From IMG/VR virus record IMGVR_UViG_3300020045_003472, positions 1-24,200 of that record: a stretch of 24,200 bases of DNA. One strand, 5' to 3'. This DNA is from a virus. Taxonomy: Duplodnaviria; Caudoviricetes. Made by a program: the position numbers and the translations under genes. Position 1 is the first letter of the stretch; each line of letters begins with the position of its first letter. Below are positions 1-9,515 of this stretch, one piece after another. Under the pieces are notes generated by a model, which saw nothing but the letters and a program-made list of their open reading frames with translations, made no database searches and was not told the DNA's origin.

Positions 1-3000
1 TTGTTTGATTGACGTTGATGAAGTCCATAGACGTAACAGCTACCGCCTCCTGTAAATTTGTTGTTACAACAGAAAGAGTATTCGATGTCGCTGCGTCTAT
101 TCCGCTTTCCAGCAAGTAATAAAATCGTATTGTGTGAAGCGTGAATCCCTGCGTACCGAGAAGCGTAAGTGCTTCTCCGCCATAGGTGGGAGTCTCTATG
201 CCAGTGTCTCTTGGGTAGGATACCGACACCAACAATATTCTATTTGCGCCAGGTTCAATTTTGTGTTGTAACTCAAGTAATGGGGCAGGCTCTAGTACTA
301 CCGCAGACTCTACATTCCGTAAAACAACTCCAATGTGTTCACAACCCGGAACGCCCACCGGCGAACCGACATAGCCATACATATTGTCCAGCACCTTCTC
401 CTCATCGGTCAGCGTAGCACCTTCGTACGTCGTCAACTCCTGCGTGCGCACGGTAGGCCCTTGATACACAATCCCCGCCGTGACTCCCGTTCCGCCAATT
501 CCTTCATCGTAAATGGTACTCACGTTTCCAGCCGACAGCGCCGTGTTATAAACGCGCACGTCCCGCAAGCGGCCCGCATACGCGCCCGCGACATACCCCG
601 GATTGGTATCATTTCCAAGCGTAAACTGCGCCCCGGTAGCATCTTTCATCGCCCCGCTTGCGCCTGTGTTTTCGGTAATTGCAACCGATGTTCCGTTGAC
701 GTAAATGATCGGCGAGGTGGTGACGGTGGTCGCGTTACGAGTTACCACAATATGCACCCACTCGCCAGTTGGAATGGCGGCGTCTGTTTGCCAATCCCCG
801 CCGGTCTCGTGGATGTCTACAAAATAGACCTTGCCCGATGTCGCCAAAACAGACAGCGCGTACCCGCCCGCGTCTGGCACGTAATTATTGAGTATCCACA
901 TCCCCGGAGTGAACGAATCTATTTTGACCCACGCGCTGATACTTTTTATTGTCAGGTTCGAGACTTCGGGCAAGTACCCAAACTTTACCGAGTCGGTCTC
1001 CGCCCCCGTAAACTGTAAGCCGATCAGCGCCAATCCCGCTAACAATGAAAACGATCTGCGAACGACCCAAGTAAACATTATTATGCCTCCCGGCGATATG
1101 GTGTAGGAAATATTTTGGACATAGTACCAATTGTCAATATCGGCCTGGTCAATGATGATCTGTACCAGGTTGCCAATATCCACGTTGAGAAACATTTTCA
1201 TTAACTCATCCGAGCGATTGGCATTCATGGTGATGCTGTAAAGTTCAGTGCGCGGGTTCTTTTCCAACTCGACTATTTTTTCAATCTCATGGCGGCCCGG
1301 CGTGAGTTCGCGCTGGTATTGTTGCTCAAGCGTGATGTTTTGGTAGCCGTAAACGTCGTATGACGCTGAACTCTCCTCGGACGCCTCGATTGGGTTATAC
1401 CTGTAAATGCCGAAACCACGCGCCCGCAGGTAAGTTACATACCCGTTTACCGTTCCGTTGTTTATCAGTTCGTAAGATACCGCTTCCGTGCCGTAAGTAG
1501 CGGTTATCCCCAGGTCGGACGATAAATCTGTGCCTGACCCGTCATCAACAGCATTAAACAGGTAATCGCCGGGGAGCGTTGTCGGGTATTGGATTGCAGT
1601 AGGGGTAAAATTCTCTGTGTAAAGCGCCTCTCCCTTTTTGATGCGGATTTCGTCAAGATAAATAAATTGGTACGCATAGACGTTTGGCCCTGTACTAACA
1701 AGCCGCCGCCCAAATTCTATCGGTGACGCGCTGGCCGCGATTGTACCCGTCGAGTACCATTTATCAGTTAGTTGCCCGTCCTTAAAAATGTAAAACCAAT
1801 TCCCCTGACGGCATATCGCATAGTGCGCCCAGGTGTCAATGGCGCATTTGCCCATCGAGCGCCCATCGCCAATGTCCCAATTGGCATTGTCGGACGTGAA
1901 ATAAGCCAGCATATTTGTGCCGTCTGAATATCCGATCATAAACGCTGGTTTTACGTTGGCAGCATCCCTGACCAACGTCGCGTCGCCGCTCGTTTCGTCG
2001 CGCAGGTAGGCGAAATATTCAATCGTAAAGTCGCCCGCGCCGAAATCCCAATCCGCAGAGTCGGCGCTGTCTATGTACTCGTTTGTCCCAGACAGAGAGA
2101 GCACACCGCCGCCTAATTTGCTTACAGTGCGGCTTATCTGCGCACCGTTGTATGCCGTCCAGGTCTTCCCGGTCTCGTCCGTTATAGTTGTTGACCCGGC
2201 TGTACCATTGCAGGGTAATAACGCTACGAGATACGGGTCAGTGCTGCCGTCGAGCACCGGGTCAATCATGCTGCTAGTAATTGCGTTGACCTGCGCCCCG
2301 CCGCCTGTCGGGTCAGTGTACCCGCCACGCACCGTCACCGTTTGCCCCGGCCCAATCATGATTGGAGATGACAATGAGTACAACGTTTTGACGGTGGTAT
2401 CAATGCGCTTCGGGTACACGCGCACCGTACCGCGATTAACCATCCCGTCGCCATAACGGATGTCTGCGCTCATAATGCTATTATTGATAACCGCGTCAAG
2501 CGACGACAGGATAGTAGTTAGCTCATTCCAGCCGTTGCGGGTGTGGTTGCTGTCGAATATCAGCCGCTCGCCGTTGTCGTAGTCCTTATGGAGATAACAA
2601 TATCCCATCTCGGAAAAGACAATTTTGGCAAATTCCGTGTATGCTTTTGTGCGAATGGTTGCGCTGTCTCCAGTCGCGGAAAATATATTTACACCTTCGG
2701 CGTATTGTGTAAAGAGCGGCTGGATAGGCATTGCCAGTACGACGGTATTGAGCGCATCACCTGCCTGAATGTCAGACTGATACGTCGGGGAGATCATTGG
2801 GTATTTTATGGCATATTCCATCCAGTCCAAAACAGTGACAGAAACCGTGTCAGATACACCATTCGCTAACTCGATGCGGACATTCAGCTTGTCAACCCTT
2901 CCGTAAAAACGTATGTAATCCTGACTGGCGTAAGTCAGGACGATTTTTATTTTCGTGCCCTTGCCCCAATCGGCGAGCGCGTTGACGTGACCCGGCGTGT

Positions 3001-3193
3001 ATTCGCCGTCTGGATTTTTGAGCGTGAATGTCAGTGAGCCAGTATCGGCCAGCCGGTCAAGCGGGCCGTTGCCGGGGAGACCCCATTTCGAGGAAACAAT
3101 TGTTGACGCAAATAATACACTGTCGGATATGTCAACCCAGGCAGCAGATAGATAAGCATAAATCGCGCGATTGGTCAGGAAAACGGCTGTCAT
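1..3193 (-). CDS. Large tail-tip/baseplate hub-like protein with two LamG (concanavalin A-like) domains; partial, runs off the left edge (>1064 aa)
   Basis: ATG at 3193 overlaps the tape-measure stop (ATGA). Manual translation (MTAVFLTNRAIYAYLSAAWVDISD...) found no stop down to position 1. LamG-like motifs: DWDFGAGDFTIEYF...IYLDEIRIKKG (~2240-1600) and ISAWVK...WVHIVVTR...IYVNG...LRDVRVYNTALS (~1010-470). Absent from the ORF track because it has no stop in the window. Confidence 0.85.
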   Translation of the reverse strand, partial: MTAVFLTNRAIYAYLSAAWVDISDSVLFASTIVSSKWGLPGNGPLDRLADTGSLTFTLKNPDGEYTPGHVNALADWGKGTKIKIVLTYASQDYIRFYGRVDKLNVRIELANGVSDTVSVTVLDWMEYAIKYPMISPTYQSDIQAGDALNTVVLAMPIQPLFTQYAEGVNIFSATGDSATIRTKAYTEFAKIVFSEMGYCYLHKDYDNGERLIFDSNHTRNGWNELTTILSSLDAVINNSIMSADIRYGDGMVNRGTVRVYPKRIDTTVKTLYSLSSPIMIGPGQTVTVRGGYTDPTGGGAQVNAITSSMIDPVLDGSTDPYLVALLPCNGTAGSTTITDETGKTWTAYNGAQISRTVSKLGGGVLSLSGTNEYIDSADSADWDFGAGDFTIEYFAYLRDETSGDATLVRDAANVKPAFMIGYSDGTNMLAYFTSDNANWDIGDGRSMGKCAIDTWAHYAICRQGNWFYIFKDGQLTDKWYSTGTIAASASPIEFGRRLVSTGPNVYAYQFIYLDEIRIKKGEALYTENFTPTAIQYPTTLPGDYLFNAVDDGSGTDLSSDLGITATYGTEAVSYELINNGTVNGYVTYLRARGFGIYRYNPIEASEESSASYDVYGYQNITLEQQYQRELTPGRHEIEKIVELEKNPRTELYSITMNANRSDELMKMFLNVDIGNLVQIIIDQADIDNWYYVQNISYTISPGGIIMFTWVVRRSFSLLAGLALIGLQFTGAETDSVKFGYLPEVSNLTIKSISAWVKIDSFTPGMWILNNYVPDAGGYALSVLATSGKVYFVDIHETGGDWQTDAAIPTGEWVHIVVTRNATTVTTSPIIYVNGTSVAITENTGASGAMKDATGAQFTLGNDTNPGYVAGAYAGRLRDVRVYNTALSAGNVSTIYDEGIGGTGVTAGIVYQGPTVRTQELTTYEGATLTDEEKVLDNMYGYVGSPVGVPGCEHIGVVLRNVESAVVLEPAPLLELQHKIEPGANRILLVSVSYPRDTGIETPTYGGEALTLLGTQGFTLHTIRFYYLLESGIDAATSNTLSVVTTNLQEAVAVTSMDFINVNQT

Positions 3194-5292
3194 CGGTTAG
3201 CCTGTAGCATTGCATTTACAATCGTTCGCGCCAATCTGTCCTCATCTATTTTGTTGCTCATTATCGCGGCGATGAGCGCCGGGTCAGTAACGGGGGACGC
3301 TGCTCTATTTTCCGACACGGTTGACACAAAATCGCCCTCTTGTTGCGAGCGTGTATCGCTGTATTTTGGCTGCGCATCTCGCCAACTAAATGACTCCATT
3401 GTGGGCGCAGGAAGTGGGGTCAAAGCAATATCCGGCATGTCAGTCTTCGCATCTTCGCTCATGGTGTTATCTGCAATTTGACGAAGTACTGCCAGCATGT
3501 CGCTGTTATCGTTTTCGCCGATAGCCGATTCGGTCACGGGCGCGGGGATACTTTTCCCAGCAGGAATAACGCTGAATTTCTCGCCGGATGACAACTTGAT
3601 GGGGTAGGTGTCATCACTATACCCAGGCGGCACGGTTTCCCAGCCCTCAGTACCCTCTGCAAAAGCCGGGGTTGTCGGGTTGGTGTTGCCGCCCGCGCCC
3701 GGCAAGATTGGCGGTAGGTTATTTGGATTGCCTTCGAAGTAATTTGTGCGCACATTCAGCGTGACATTCGTTATGGGCGGGATGTGCTCAAGATTTTCTT
3801 TCACTTCCGAAAAACCGCCTGCGACTGATTTTGCTCTCGCAATAATCGCAGATGTTTTTTGCATGTAGTCTTCTGTCCAAAGACCGAGAGCCACACCTTG
3901 CTTGAGGTAGTAGTCTAGCTCAGCATCAGTTAAACCGTCCACTGCTAAAAGCTGTAATGCCTGGCCCAGGATAAATTCATCCTGGCGCTTCTTGCGCTCT
4001 GCGGCCAGGTTTGCTTCGGCTGTGTCTATCTCTCCAACTTTTTGTAATTCCCCCTGGATTGTTTCGCCGTATTCGGAATACCCCTGCTGTCGTAGCAGGG
4101 CGATATTCTCCATAATTTTGGCGCGGTCTTCTTCTAACTTTGCGTAATTTTCCGCGTAGGTCTCTTCCGCGCCCTGGACATTTCCGAGCAGGCTAATGTA
4201 ATTATTGTTTTTGTCTGTGACCGCCTGGATGGCATCCGCGACAGCTTGTTTAGCGGCAGCCAGGTCTTCTTCGGTGGGGATCGCGGCTTCGTTGGCGGCA
4301 GATGCGTCTCTAGTTGCGTCGGTTTGCTTACTGAGATTGTACGCAAGTTCGTTTGTTACGTCGCCGTAGGTTTGCGTTAAATTTATCAACGCACCGCCGG
4401 GAATAAGCAGACTCTCCCACCCCATTCTTGTTTGTAGCGTGCCCTGCATTGCCCGACTGGTCATCTCTACCCATCCGGCAAAAGCCGGGGTTAACTTTGT
4501 CCCAAGTACAATGGACAAACCTTCCGTTGTGTCGCTTAGTTGATCCTGCGCGAGGCGTAATTGCTCAGCTTCCTGTAGCATTTTGTCAGTCAAAATCAGG
4601 TTCTTGTTGACTTCCGCCGACTGTTTGCGTAGCGCGTCCCCGCCCTGCAATAGCACCTGATTCCATTGCATTCCGGCGCGGCCCAAGTTTTTGATTACAA
4701 ATTCGTTTCTTTTTTGTACGTCGGTGATTGACAAATATTCATCAGATAGTTTCGCCAATGTTTCCATGTTTGGCGCAAGACCCTGGCCTGTTAATTTTCG
4801 GGTTGCTGCCATTGCGTCTTCGGCGCTTATCTGCCAATCATCAAGCACTTGTATAAAGCGGCTGGTTTCCTCGGCGGATTGCCCAGAAACAACCTTGATG
4901 TTTCGGATAGATTCGGCATAAGCCATTGATTTACCGATGGTTGCGCTATACGCTTGTTCGGCGTAGCGTATTGTTTTATTAACGACTTCCATTGCCTGAT
5001 TTAGTTCCGAAAAAGACATTCCGGCGTTTTTGTTTTCGTCAGCGGTTTCTTGCGTTTGACGCTCCAGGTCTTCCATCGCAATACGCTGATTTTCAGTTGC
5101 AATCAACGCTTCTTTTTCGGCCTCGCTCATTCCGTCAAATTTACGCTTTGCATCTTCGAGCGTCTGCGCGGCTTTCTCGTTTTGCGCAAGCCTGAGAAGC
5201 GCATCGTTAAACGTGTCAGTTTCCGCCGTTGCGCTTTCCAACGTGGCGGAGAATTCGTCATTGGCCCTGACTGCAAACTCGACATCATTCAT
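3190..5292 (-). CDS. Tail tape measure protein (700 aa)
   Basis: Long Ala/Glu/Gln-rich helical protein after the tail chaperone; N-terminal VEFAVRANDEFS; C-terminal FAEG...VPPGYSDDTYPIKLSSGEKFSVIP motif typical of tape measure C-termini. Confidence 0.9.
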   Translation of the reverse strand: MNDVEFAVRANDEFSATLESATAETDTFNDALLRLAQNEKAAQTLEDAKRKFDGMSEAEKEALIATENQRIAMEDLERQTQETADENKNAGMSFSELNQAMEVVNKTIRYAEQAYSATIGKSMAYAESIRNIKVVSGQSAEETSRFIQVLDDWQISAEDAMAATRKLTGQGLAPNMETLAKLSDEYLSITDVQKRNEFVIKNLGRAGMQWNQVLLQGGDALRKQSAEVNKNLILTDKMLQEAEQLRLAQDQLSDTTEGLSIVLGTKLTPAFAGWVEMTSRAMQGTLQTRMGWESLLIPGGALINLTQTYGDVTNELAYNLSKQTDATRDASAANEAAIPTEEDLAAAKQAVADAIQAVTDKNNNYISLLGNVQGAEETYAENYAKLEEDRAKIMENIALLRQQGYSEYGETIQGELQKVGEIDTAEANLAAERKKRQDEFILGQALQLLAVDGLTDAELDYYLKQGVALGLWTEDYMQKTSAIIARAKSVAGGFSEVKENLEHIPPITNVTLNVRTNYFEGNPNNLPPILPGAGGNTNPTTPAFAEGTEGWETVPPGYSDDTYPIKLSSGEKFSVIPAGKSIPAPVTESAIGENDNSDMLAVLRQIADNTMSEDAKTDMPDIALTPLPAPTMESFSWRDAQPKYSDTRSQQEGDFVSTVSENRAASPVTDPALIAAIMSNKIDEDRLARTIVNAMLQANR

Positions 5293-5880
5293 TGGCTAGT
5301 TTTTCCGCTTCAACCAACAGCCGATTCGCAACTGGATTTCTGGACGCCCATCCTGCCCATCCATCTTCGGCTTGCGCCCGATTTTGGTATGAGCTAACAA
5401 TTGACTCAGCGGTGCGCATCCGCAGCATTTCACCGGCATACAAAATAGACCGCCCCATCGTGGCAGCTACGCCGAAGCGGTCTATCAACTCAAGCAAAAA
5501 CAATTCGTCTGGCCTCTGGTTTTTCGCCGGGTCGTCAGCGTACAGATACGCGCTGACTTTCAGGCTTTTGGGATTTCGCGTTCTGCCCGGTACACCCGTA
5601 TGCACTCAATGAGCACCCACGTATAAAGCGCCTTCGCTTCCATGACCGGGTGTCCGATGAAAATACTTTCTGGCGTCGGCTTTTCCGGCAAATTGTCAAT
5701 GTGCCATTCCACGATGCTGTTTACGGCATCAATGCTGGCCTGGCAACCTGCGATTGTCGCAATACCACGAGTTGCAAAAAGCGCATTGTCGAACGCGAGC
5801 AGTTGCGGGAATGTCAGCGCATCGGGGAAAGTGACCTTACCCGGATATTCCGGGTAAGGTGATTCGAGTGTTTTGCTCAT
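5285..5880 (-). CDS. Tail assembly chaperone, long -1 frameshift product (lambda gpGT analogue)
   Basis: ORF 5560-5880 is joined to the -1 frame ORF ending at 5285 via the slippery heptamer C CCA AAA (5572-5566). Confidence 0.8.
5534..5572 (-). promoter_or_regulatory. Programmed -1 ribosomal frameshift signal
   Basis: X XXY YYZ heptamer CCCAAAA in the correct phase (ATC CCA AAA), 8-nt spacer, then hairpin GTCAGCG-N10-CGCTGAC (5557-5534). Confidence 0.8.
5560..5880 (-). CDS. Tail assembly chaperone, short product (lambda gpG analogue)
   Basis: 106 aa, between tail tube and tape measure genes; ends ...EIPKA* just after the slippery site. Confidence 0.8.
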   Translation of the reverse strand: MSKTLESPYPEYPGKVTFPDALTFPQLLAFDNALFATRGIATIAGCQASIDAVNSIVEWHIDNLPEKPTPESIFIGHPVMEAKALYTWVLIECIRVYRAEREIPKA

Positions 5881-5883
5881 GAT

Positions 5884-6366
5884 TTATGTCTCGGCTGTAG
5901 TGCCCCAAGCGGGGAGAGCAGAACCGGGGACAAGCACGGCGCGGGCGCTATACATCATCGTGGCAGGGTCAACCGTGAATTTGGTAATGATATATCCACT
6001 TGTCGAAGATGACGTGATACCAAACTGCGGAGAATCGGATTCTGGTGCGGCGCGGATGCCAAAACGAATATCCAACGAGCGCGGGGTAACTACGCCATTG
6101 AGCGCACTCAGGACAGTGTGAGACCCCGAAAGCGTTGGACTGGACGCCGTTGCCGACGTATCCCAGGGGCCGCCGAAGTCAATCGGCGCATCCGGCATAG
6201 TGGGCAAGCGGCCCTTCACCGCATCCTGGAATGCCGTGAGTTCCTGTTCGTCGTACACTACGCCAACAGCGGATAGGGAGTTGATCGGGATGTTGCGAAG
6301 CGCCGTTCCGTCGTGGATGTTGAAAACGATCCACTTGAAAGTTGTTCGACCAGTAGCAGAGGCCAT
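5884..6366 (-). CDS. Major tail tube protein
   Basis: 160 aa, beta-rich, directly upstream of the tail chaperone; DEQELTAFQDAVKGRLP resembles the siphovirus tube beta-hairpin loop. Confidence 0.7.
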   Translation of the reverse strand: MASATGRTTFKWIVFNIHDGTALRNIPINSLSAVGVVYDEQELTAFQDAVKGRLPTMPDAPIDFGGPWDTSATASSPTLSGSHTVLSALNGVVTPRSLDIRFGIRAAPESDSPQFGITSSSTSGYIITKFTVDPATMMYSARAVLVPGSALPAWGTTAET

Positions 6367-6381
6367 TTTTATACTCCTTGA

Positions 6382-7152
6382 CTAATGAATTCCCCGCACG
6401 AAGGCAAGGGAGAAATTAACGTTTACGGCTGTGCCGAGCGCAATCTGCCAGCGCAGATATTGACCGATAGTTGCCGTTTTGCTCAATGCGATAATGCCCG
6501 ATGTCGGGGATGAACAATCAATTGATCCGGTTGTAGCGCCGCTCAAATCCGAAAAAGACCCGTCCAAATTGGTCGTGGTGGATTTCTGGACTTTGATTGT
6601 CGCCGTCCCGTCACCCGAAAAAACATGATAGACCATGTACCCACCTAGCAGGGTGGCGGCCAGGTCGTCGTTGCCAATGGCGGTGTTGGCGGCGGTGACG
6701 TTGCCTTTGGCTTTCAACATGCGCCCCCAGGGGGTCTCGTATCCAATCTGATTGGCCGCGTCCCACCCGGCCCAGGGGATGGAGACCGTGACTGCGCCAC
6801 CGTCTTCGTTCGCCTGATACCCGGCTTGCTGGTAACGTCCGCAGTAGACATAATCCCCCTGTGCCGGTTCTGCGTTCATTCCAAACGGAATGCTTACAAC
6901 TCTGGAAACCCCCGGAGAATTGGCGATAACATGTAAGCCAGACGTGGCGGTGTTGTCGAAATTACCGTTTAACATCGTTGGCGTCATCTCACAAAGATAC
7001 GGCAAATATCCCTTCGCCGCATCGGATAACGCTGTTAGATTGGCTTCGTCAAACGTCCAATCCAATGTGCCAAGCGAGCGGGAATATCCGCTCATGTCAT
7101 AGCCGTTGATGTAAACTCGCGCCCATCGCTGAGTCGTTCGGGTGAGTGTCAT
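6382..7152 (-). CDS. Tail-tube paralogue with a C-terminal beta-sandwich extension
   Basis: DEANLTALSDAAKGYLP...NGNFDNTATSGLH aligns by eye with the neighbouring tube protein; about 110 extra C-terminal beta-rich residues. Confidence 0.6.
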   Translation of the reverse strand: MTLTRTTQRWARVYINGYDMSGYSRSLGTLDWTFDEANLTALSDAAKGYLPYLCEMTPTMLNGNFDNTATSGLHVIANSPGVSRVVSIPFGMNAEPAQGDYVYCGRYQQAGYQANEDGGAVTVSIPWAGWDAANQIGYETPWGRMLKAKGNVTAANTAIGNDDLAATLLGGYMVYHVFSGDGTATIKVQKSTTTNLDGSFSDLSGATTGSIDCSSPTSGIIALSKTATIGQYLRWQIALGTAVNVNFSLAFVRGIH

Positions 7153-7328
7153 TTGGATTTTTCCTTCGCCTCCACCGGGGCAGTATATGGTTCTTCGACT
7201 TCGACCAGTTGAGCCAGCTTCCCATCAGTCATCCGTTGAGCAAGATCATTGCTTACGTCAATGATCTTGCCAGCAGGGAGTATCGCGCCGTCAATCATTT
7301 TTGTCGGACAAAGCAATTTGATTAGCAT
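7149..7328 (-). CDS. Small virion-cluster protein (59 aa; not in ORF track)
   Basis: MLIKLLCPTKMIDGAILPAGKIIDVSNDLAQRMTDGKLAQLVEVEEPYTAPVEAKEKSK*; fills the gap exactly and its stop overlaps the next ATG (ATGA); resembles 9275-9469. Confidence 0.75.
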   Translation of the reverse strand: MLIKLLCPTKMIDGAILPAGKIIDVSNDLAQRMTDGKLAQLVEVEEPYTAPVEAKEKSK

Positions 7329-7332
7329 GTAA

Positions 7333-7818
7333 TCACCTGTATAGTCCTTGCCGTTTAGCTTCCTTGATAATTTCTGTCTCTATTCGCTTTGGTAATTCGT
7401 CAATTTTTTCGTTATCGAGTGCATCCTCGAGTTTATTCCAGCGCCCGGCATGAATTGGGGACTGGTATAGTCCTTTTGCGTTACCGCCAACATGTTTGGC
7501 TGCATTGGTATTATTTAACAATTTATAGCCGCCAGGAAGTTCTTGAAGTTGCCAACCAGCCTGGTATTTCCCAGTACGCTTATGCGGTATTCCGCCGCCA
7601 AAACCGTTTGTGGCAAAAAAAGCACGGCGCTGTTTTTCGCTAACCCATTTAATCGGGTAAGTCGGCACATCTCCGGGTTCGTGCATTTTGTCGGAGACTT
7701 CCCGCATCGTTCGCTTGCATTCTGTTTTCGCAACACCGGGTAACATACCGGCGAATGATTGCAGTCTCTTTTTGACATAATCAACTTCGTGACCGACTTT
7801 GACTGATACCTGTACCAT
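7333..7818 (-). CDS. HK97 gp10-like neck/tail completion protein
   Basis: RTGKYQAGW...NNTNAAKHV motifs (RTG-x-W / N-x-YA-x-V family pattern); start at 7818 chosen from the TAATG overlap with the upstream stop. Confidence 0.7.
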   Translation of the reverse strand: MVQVSVKVGHEVDYVKKRLQSFAGMLPGVAKTECKRTMREVSDKMHEPGDVPTYPIKWVSEKQRRAFFATNGFGGGIPHKRTGKYQAGWQLQELPGGYKLLNNTNAAKHVGGNAKGLYQSPIHAGRWNKLEDALDNEKIDELPKRIETEIIKEAKRQGLYR

Positions 7819-8285
7819 TACGACACCTCGCAAAATTCGGTAATTCTTAGCGTAAAATCACATCCTAAAAATTCATTGCCAGCCGGATCAACGACAATTC
7901 CCGCGCCGGAAACGTCTGTCAATGCCAGGTTTATTGCGCCAGACACCGTGTCGTTTGTCAAAAAAGACACCATGATTGTGGCGATATTAGTTATCAATCC
8001 AGATGTAATGTCGTAGAGGCCACCAACGCTACCAACCGGAGCACAATGCAAGTAACGATAATACAGGTCATACTCAAGCGTTATCTTTTCGTTGCCGCCC
8101 GACCCCTGCGTTTTTGGTTCGGAGTTGACTTTGCCAAAAATTCCTTTTTCTGCGTTTGGATACAACGTCTGCGGTGCCAAGTTGCCGTGAGTTGGCATAT
8201 CAGTCAAGCCAAGAACCGTAACATCCGTAATACTCAGCGCGGCGATACTCGCGATAACCGTTGAGATTTTGACATTGACAGCCAT
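7818..8285 (-). CDS. Putative tail terminator protein
   Basis: 155 aa in the neck module; alpha/beta pattern ending in a beta strand (GCDFTLRITE). Assignment rests mainly on position and size. Confidence 0.55.
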   Translation of the reverse strand: MAVNVKISTVIASIAALSITDVTVLGLTDMPTHGNLAPQTLYPNAEKGIFGKVNSEPKTQGSGGNEKITLEYDLYYRYLHCAPVGSVGGLYDITSGLITNIATIMVSFLTNDTVSGAINLALTDVSGAGIVVDPAGNEFLGCDFTLRITEFCEVS

Positions 8286-8899
8286 TATATTTTTCGCCTG
8301 TACGATTCGATTGTCTTTTGCGCCATCGGAGGGACATCTTCCGGGCGAATAACAATCCCGGCGGCGGTGATAGTTATTTTCCCGCCGCTAGACTGACCGG
8401 AGCGCAGCATATACTTACTTTGCACGATGGATAGGGTTGCATCTCGGATATCAACGGGTACAGACGGCCAGCCAAATATGGCTGTTAGTTTTACCGACTT
8501 GCTCAAAATGGGAAATGTATATATCCCGTTTGGAGTTGTTGAAATACGGTTATACGGTTTTCCCAGCACGGAATTATTAAATGGCTCAATGTCATAATCC
8601 GTAGCACTCCACACATCGGAGTAAGCCCGCGTCCCGTTTATGTCAGTCGCAAGCGCCGAAACGGAAACGAAATCGTCAACCCTGCAACACCTACTGTCTA
8701 TCGGTGTGTAATACCGAACAGTTGCCGCTGTGTCTTTGTAGAAATATCGGCAGGTTTGCTGCTCGATATACCGGCTGGTCGCCTCTATCAGGTCTTCGAT
8801 TACGCCGTCATCACTCTCGTCCACGCGCGGGGATTGACCCCGCGCAGATGAAAAGTCTTTGTATTCAGCGAGTGTGGCGTACCCGTTCGTAATTGCCAT
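8285..8899 (-). CDS. Head-tail adaptor/connector (SPP1 gp15 / HK97 gp6-like)
   Basis: YATLAEYK...LIEATSRYIEQQTCRYF...FGWPSVPVDIRDAT motifs. Confidence 0.85.
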   Translation of the reverse strand: MAITNGYATLAEYKDFSSARGQSPRVDESDDGVIEDLIEATSRYIEQQTCRYFYKDTAATVRYYTPIDSRCCRVDDFVSVSALATDINGTRAYSDVWSATDYDIEPFNNSVLGKPYNRISTTPNGIYTFPILSKSVKLTAIFGWPSVPVDIRDATLSIVQSKYMLRSGQSSGGKITITAAGIVIRPEDVPPMAQKTIESYRRKI

Positions 8900-8900
8900 G

Positions 8901-9278
8901 TCACGCCTTGATGTACACGATTACAGTGCCGCTTTTGGTATTCCCGGCATTAGTCACGGACAGCGTTAGCGTATCATTGACCACTGCGCCCAGGCTGGAA
9001 ACAACAGTAGATGGAGCAGTGTTGGAGATATTCGTGCCCTGACCCGCCAGAATATCATATCCATCCTCATCGTTGACGACAACATCAAAATTGTTTGTTG
9101 GTTGGCTTCCGCCAGTTCCGGGCGCAAATACTACGCGCCAAACTTCGCCGGTGTATCTTTCTGGCGTAGTACCGCTTGCTGTCCCATCTGCGGCAGAGAC
9201 AAAGGCAAACGATATTTTAGCGAGCCTGGACATTGCCAGTTGCCCGCGTCTTTCCGTAGTAGTTACGCTCATTGTCAT
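8901..9278 (-). CDS. Hypothetical virion structural protein (beta-rich; possible decoration protein)
   Basis: Thr/Gly/Val-rich 125 aa between head and neck genes; translationally coupled (ATGA). Confidence 0.6.
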   Translation of the reverse strand: MTMSVTTTERRGQLAMSRLAKISFAFVSAADGTASGTTPERYTGEVWRVVFAPGTGGSQPTNNFDVVVNDEDGYDILAGQGTNISNTAPSTVVSSLGAVVNDTLTLSVTNAGNTKSGTVIVYIKA

Positions 9279-9469
9279 TTTCGACTAACCTTTTTTGTCG
9301 GGTAAGGAGAAGAAATGGCAGGCTGATTATCGCCAAATTTAACGCAGTGCCCATCGCTCACGAGTTGCTGGGCTTTTCCGTCCGGCATTTCCACAATCGC
9401 ACCAGCCGGATAAAAACAAAGACCGTCCGTTTCGGATCCTCGAAAATCTTTTAAAAACTGTATTTTCAT
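9275..9469 (-). CDS. Small capsid-cluster protein (64 aa)
   Basis: SD AAAGGA upstream; YPAGAIVEMPDGKAQQLVSDG pattern with a Lys-rich tail, common after capsid genes. Confidence 0.75.
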   Translation of the reverse strand: MKIQFLKDFRGSETDGLCFYPAGAIVEMPDGKAQQLVSDGHCVKFGDNQPAISSPYPTKKVSRK

Positions 9470-9483
9470 AATAATTCCTTTTA

Positions 9484-9510
9484 TCAGGGGCGGATTCTAT
9501 CCGCCCCTGA
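9484..9510. other. Perfect 12-bp stem-loop (terminator or mRNA stabilising/processing hairpin)
   Basis: TCAGGGGCGGAT-TCT-ATCCGCCCCTGA; no U-tract on the coding (-) strand. Confidence 0.6.
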
Positions 9511-9515
9511 CTTTC

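Noticed and set aside
1-3193. Diversity-generating retroelement target in the tail-tip gene
   Set aside because: No reverse transcriptase or TR/VR pair visible in the window; the gene end lies outside it.
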